From contig CAWCAG010000005.1 in assembly GCA_963793425.1 (NCBI GenBank), forward strand, positions 864,001 through 928,000: a stretch of DNA of 64,000 nt, given 5' to 3'. The translations under genes and the position numbers were made by a program. Every line of letters starts with the position of its first letter. Position 1 is the first letter of the stretch. Source of the DNA: an uncultured cyanobacterium. GTDB lineage: Bacteria; Cyanobacteriota; Cyanobacteriia; Cyanobacteriales; CAWCAG01. The notes below the pieces were generated by a model. It saw only the letters and a list, made by a program, of their open reading frames with translations, ran no database searches and was not told where the DNA came from. Below are positions 61,255-64,000 of the stretch, piece by piece.

Positions 61255-61935
61255 ATGAGTAAATACAAGACAAAAAAAATTATTTTTTGGTTCTCTACAT
61301 TACTTATAAGTAGTTTATTATTCTACTTCCTTGCTTATAAAAGAGGTTACTTGCCTCCTCCTCATCAACTTGCAGAGTTGTTCAATCTTAATAATTCTTC
61401 GCCGCAAAAACTTAAACATCCTGCCTTAGCTAACAATGATTTACTCAACTATGAACAATCTTTAAACGAACTAATCAATCAACCCCTTGATAAAAGTGCC
61501 ACTTCTATTTTAATTGAGAAAAGTAAATACCGTCTGACAATTTACTATCAACAAACTCCTCTTAAAGCTTATCCAGTTGTTTTCGGCCCTAATCCTCAAG
61601 GAGACAAACTTAAAGAAGGGGACATGAAAACTCCAGAGGGAATGTACTCTATTCGTGACCTTTATCCTCATCCTAATTGGTCAAAATTTCTCTGGTTAGA
61701 TTATCCGAATGCTGATTCTTGGGGTGAACATTGGCAAGCAAAAAGAGAGGGGAAGATTAATCCCTTAGCTACCATTGGTGGGCAAATTGGCATTCATGGT
61801 GTTCCCCCAGGACAAGATAATTTGATTGAGGAAGGTGATAATTGGACTTGGGGTTGTATTTCCTTAATGAATGCTGATGTTGAGGAAATATATCAAGTAG
61901 TTAAGGTTGGTACAAAAGTGGAAATTAGACTATAG
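61255..61935 (+). CDS. L,D-transpeptidase (YkuD family)
   Basis: EGDMKTPEG and IGIHG...WTWGCI motifs. Confidence 0.92.
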   Translation: MSKYKTKKIIFWFSTLLISSLLFYFLAYKRGYLPPPHQLAELFNLNNSSPQKLKHPALANNDLLNYEQSLNELINQPLDKSATSILIEKSKYRLTIYYQQTPLKAYPVVFGPNPQGDKLKEGDMKTPEGMYSIRDLYPHPNWSKFLWLDYPNADSWGEHWQAKREGKINPLATIGGQIGIHGVPPGQDNLIEEGDNWTWGCISLMNADVEEIYQVVKVGTKVEIRL

Positions 61936-61997
61936 TAGGGGCGAGTTTCATTAAGATTTTAGATGATTACCAAATATTTACAGAAACCCGCCCTTAC
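61935..61997. repeat. REP-like palindrome GTAGGGGCGAGTTT...AAACCCGCCCTTAC
   Basis: Terminal inverted repeats; a degenerate relative lies near 41812-41870. Confidence 0.7.
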
Positions 61998-62288
61998 TTA
62001 CAAAAACTGATTTTAGGAAAAGACAACTTCTTTGTTTCAAAATAAAGACTCATGGTAAATATAATAAATTTTCTTGAGGTTGAGGAATTAGCTGATGATT
62101 AGTAGAAAACAAAGTCAGTGCTTTAAACAGAGTAAAGAGATAATCACAAAATCTATTAAGGGCTTTGCCTACTGGTGCGAAAATCGAGAAGATTTAACTA
62201 GTGCGGCTCTACATACTGTTGAGGAAAGCTGAAACTAAAGATTGCCAACTTGCTGAGAGACAACTGACTAACTATCAAAGTAAAAATA

Positions 62289-62951
62289 ATGCTAAAACTT
62301 TACCATCAACCCATTTCTGCCAACTCCCGCCGGGTTTGGATTGCACTTTTAGAAAAATGTCTTGCTTTTGAAGAAGTTATTATCAAATTAGACGGAGATC
62401 AATTTGCACCGGATTTTATTAAAATCAGTCCTTTTCACCGCGTTCCTGTTTTAATAGATAATGATTTAATTTTAGTAGAATCTCTGGCTATTCTCAATTA
62501 CTTAGAAGCTAAATATCCCACTCCTACTTTATTACCAAAAGAACCTCAAGCTTTTGCTAAGGTAAGTATGGTGCAAATGGTGACAATTAATGAATTACTA
62601 CCCGCTATGACCAGGTTAACAACTGAAGCTGTGGGTATAACTCAAGAACCAGAAAAGGCTGAAAAAGCGAAGCAGAAAGTTTTGGATGTGTTGAACTTTT
62701 TTGAGCAATTATTAGGTGAAGATAAATATTTCAGCGGTAATAATTTAACCTTAGCAGATATAACGGCAGGGACAGTTATACCAACTTTACCAATGGTTGG
62801 AGTGCCTTTGGGTAATCATCCTAAATTAGCTGCTTGGAGTGAGCATTTAATGAGTCGTGATAGCTGGCAAAAAACGCAGTTTACACAAGAAGAAGTAGAA
62901 GCTTTTATCCCTCATATGAAAGTTTTGATAAAATCTTACATGGATAAGTAA
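62289..62951 (+). CDS. Glutathione S-transferase
   Basis: SPFHRVPVL, ESLAI and LTLADI motifs. Confidence 0.93.
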   Translation: MLKLYHQPISANSRRVWIALLEKCLAFEEVIIKLDGDQFAPDFIKISPFHRVPVLIDNDLILVESLAILNYLEAKYPTPTLLPKEPQAFAKVSMVQMVTINELLPAMTRLTTEAVGITQEPEKAEKAKQKVLDVLNFFEQLLGEDKYFSGNNLTLADITAGTVIPTLPMVGVPLGNHPKLAAWSEHLMSRDSWQKTQFTQEEVEAFIPHMKVLIKSYMDK

Positions 62952-63093
62952 TACCAAATCCGGTTTAAATAGCATAAGTTACCGGTGAGGGTAGGGAGTA
63001 GGGAGTAGGGAGTAGGGAGCAGTCAGTAGGGGTTAGCAATTAGCAACTAACAATTTGATATAATACACTCCCCTAGATGAAGCAGGAAAAATT

Positions 63094-64000
63094 ATGGTTG
63101 CGTCACCAACTACCTCTCTTTCTTTAACAGAAATAGCTCAAAAAACTCGCCAAGCAGCACGGCAATTAAGCGTATTATCCACTGCCGAACGCAATGACGC
63201 TATTGAAGCGATCGCTCAATCTTTAGAGCAGTATACTCCAGAAATTCTTGCTGCCAATGAAGCAGATTGTCAGCAAGCTAAATCAGCCATGATTCCTCAA
63301 GCTTTGTATGCACGGCTAAAGATGGATAGTACTAAATTAGAAGCTGCGATCACTGGGGTAAGAAATGTAGGAAAACTTACTGATCCTGTCGGTAAGGTAC
63401 AAATTAAACGAGAATTAGATGAAGGATTAATTCTCCAACGTATTACTTGCCCTTTAGGGGTATTAGGAATTATCTTTGAAGCCCGTCCAGATGCTTTGAT
63501 TCAAATTACTAGTTTAGCGATAAAATCAGGCAACGGAGTAATTTTAAAAGGTGGTAAAGAAGCCCTCAATTCTTGTCAAGAATTAGTTAAAGCGGTTCAA
63601 AAAGGCTTAAGCAAAACAAAAGTTAACCCCCAAGCTGTACAACTCCTCACCACCAGAGAAGAAATTCGCGCTTTACTAGATTTAGATGAATATGTTGATT
63701 TAATTATTCCCAGAGGTTCTAATTCTTTTGTGCGCTACGTCCAGGATAATACTCGTATTCCTGTTTTAGGTCATGCTGACGGGATTTGTCATTTATATAT
63801 TGATAAAGCCGCAGATTTAGATAAAGCAATTGCCATTACCGTAGATGCAAAAACACAATATCCCGCTGCTTGTAATGCTGTAGAAACTCTCTTAGTCCAT
63901 CAAAAAATAGCAGCCACTTTCCTACCGCAACTAGCTAAGAGTTTGCAAGACAAAAAGGTAGAATTACGAGGAGATCAAGCAACCCTAGAAATTATTAATA
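63094..64000 (+). CDS. proA: Gamma-glutamyl phosphate reductase, runs off the window end (not in the ORF track)
   Basis: MVASPTTS...[39 protein letters not shown] and YPAACNA. Confidence 0.95.
   Translation, partial: MVASPTTSLSLTEIAQKTRQAARQLSVLSTAERNDAIEAIAQSLEQYTPEILAANEADCQQAKSAMIPQALYARLKMDSTKLEAAITGVRNVGKLTDPVGKVQIKRELDEGLILQRITCPLGVLGIIFEARPDALIQITSLAIKSGNGVILKGGKEALNSCQELVKAVQKGLSKTKVNPQAVQLLTTREEIRALLDLDEYVDLIIPRGSNSFVRYVQDNTRIPVLGHADGICHLYIDKAADLDKAIAITVDAKTQYPAACNAVETLLVHQKIAATFLPQLAKSLQDKKVELRGDQATLEIIN

Noticed and set aside
1..64000. CRISPR array
   Set aside because: No regularly spaced 25-45-nt direct repeats with unique spacers and no cas genes; the repeats are heptamer tandems or dispersed palindromes.

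Overview
AT-rich cyanobacterial chromosome segment. The assignment rests on about 30 HIP1 GCGATCGC sites, heptamer STRR repeats, nblA, flv3, ftsH3 and IsaR1. Most genes are core or housekeeping (rplU-rpmA, comA, tyrA, coaX, flv3, sbcC, serC, rpiA, ftsH3, tldD-pmbA, tRNA-Gly, upp, a glycosyltransferase cluster, proA), mixed with signalling genes and many decayed accessory fragments (toxin-antitoxin modules, flavodoxin, Pepco/caspase-like, Rpn). Best leads: (1) a four-gene Roadblock/MglA-GTPase/PATAN/V4R operon; (2) a foreign-looking two-gene cassette encoding a PIN nuclease and an unknown partner; (3) a GC-rich structured element just 3' of nblA; (4) 23-24-nt double-hairpin elements inserted at TGAT^CA sites; (5) four frameshifts in conserved genes that all map to GGCC motifs, probably a methylation-linked sequencing artefact. 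No CRISPR array, rRNA or intact transposase was seen. All family assignments are by motif recognition; no searches were run.
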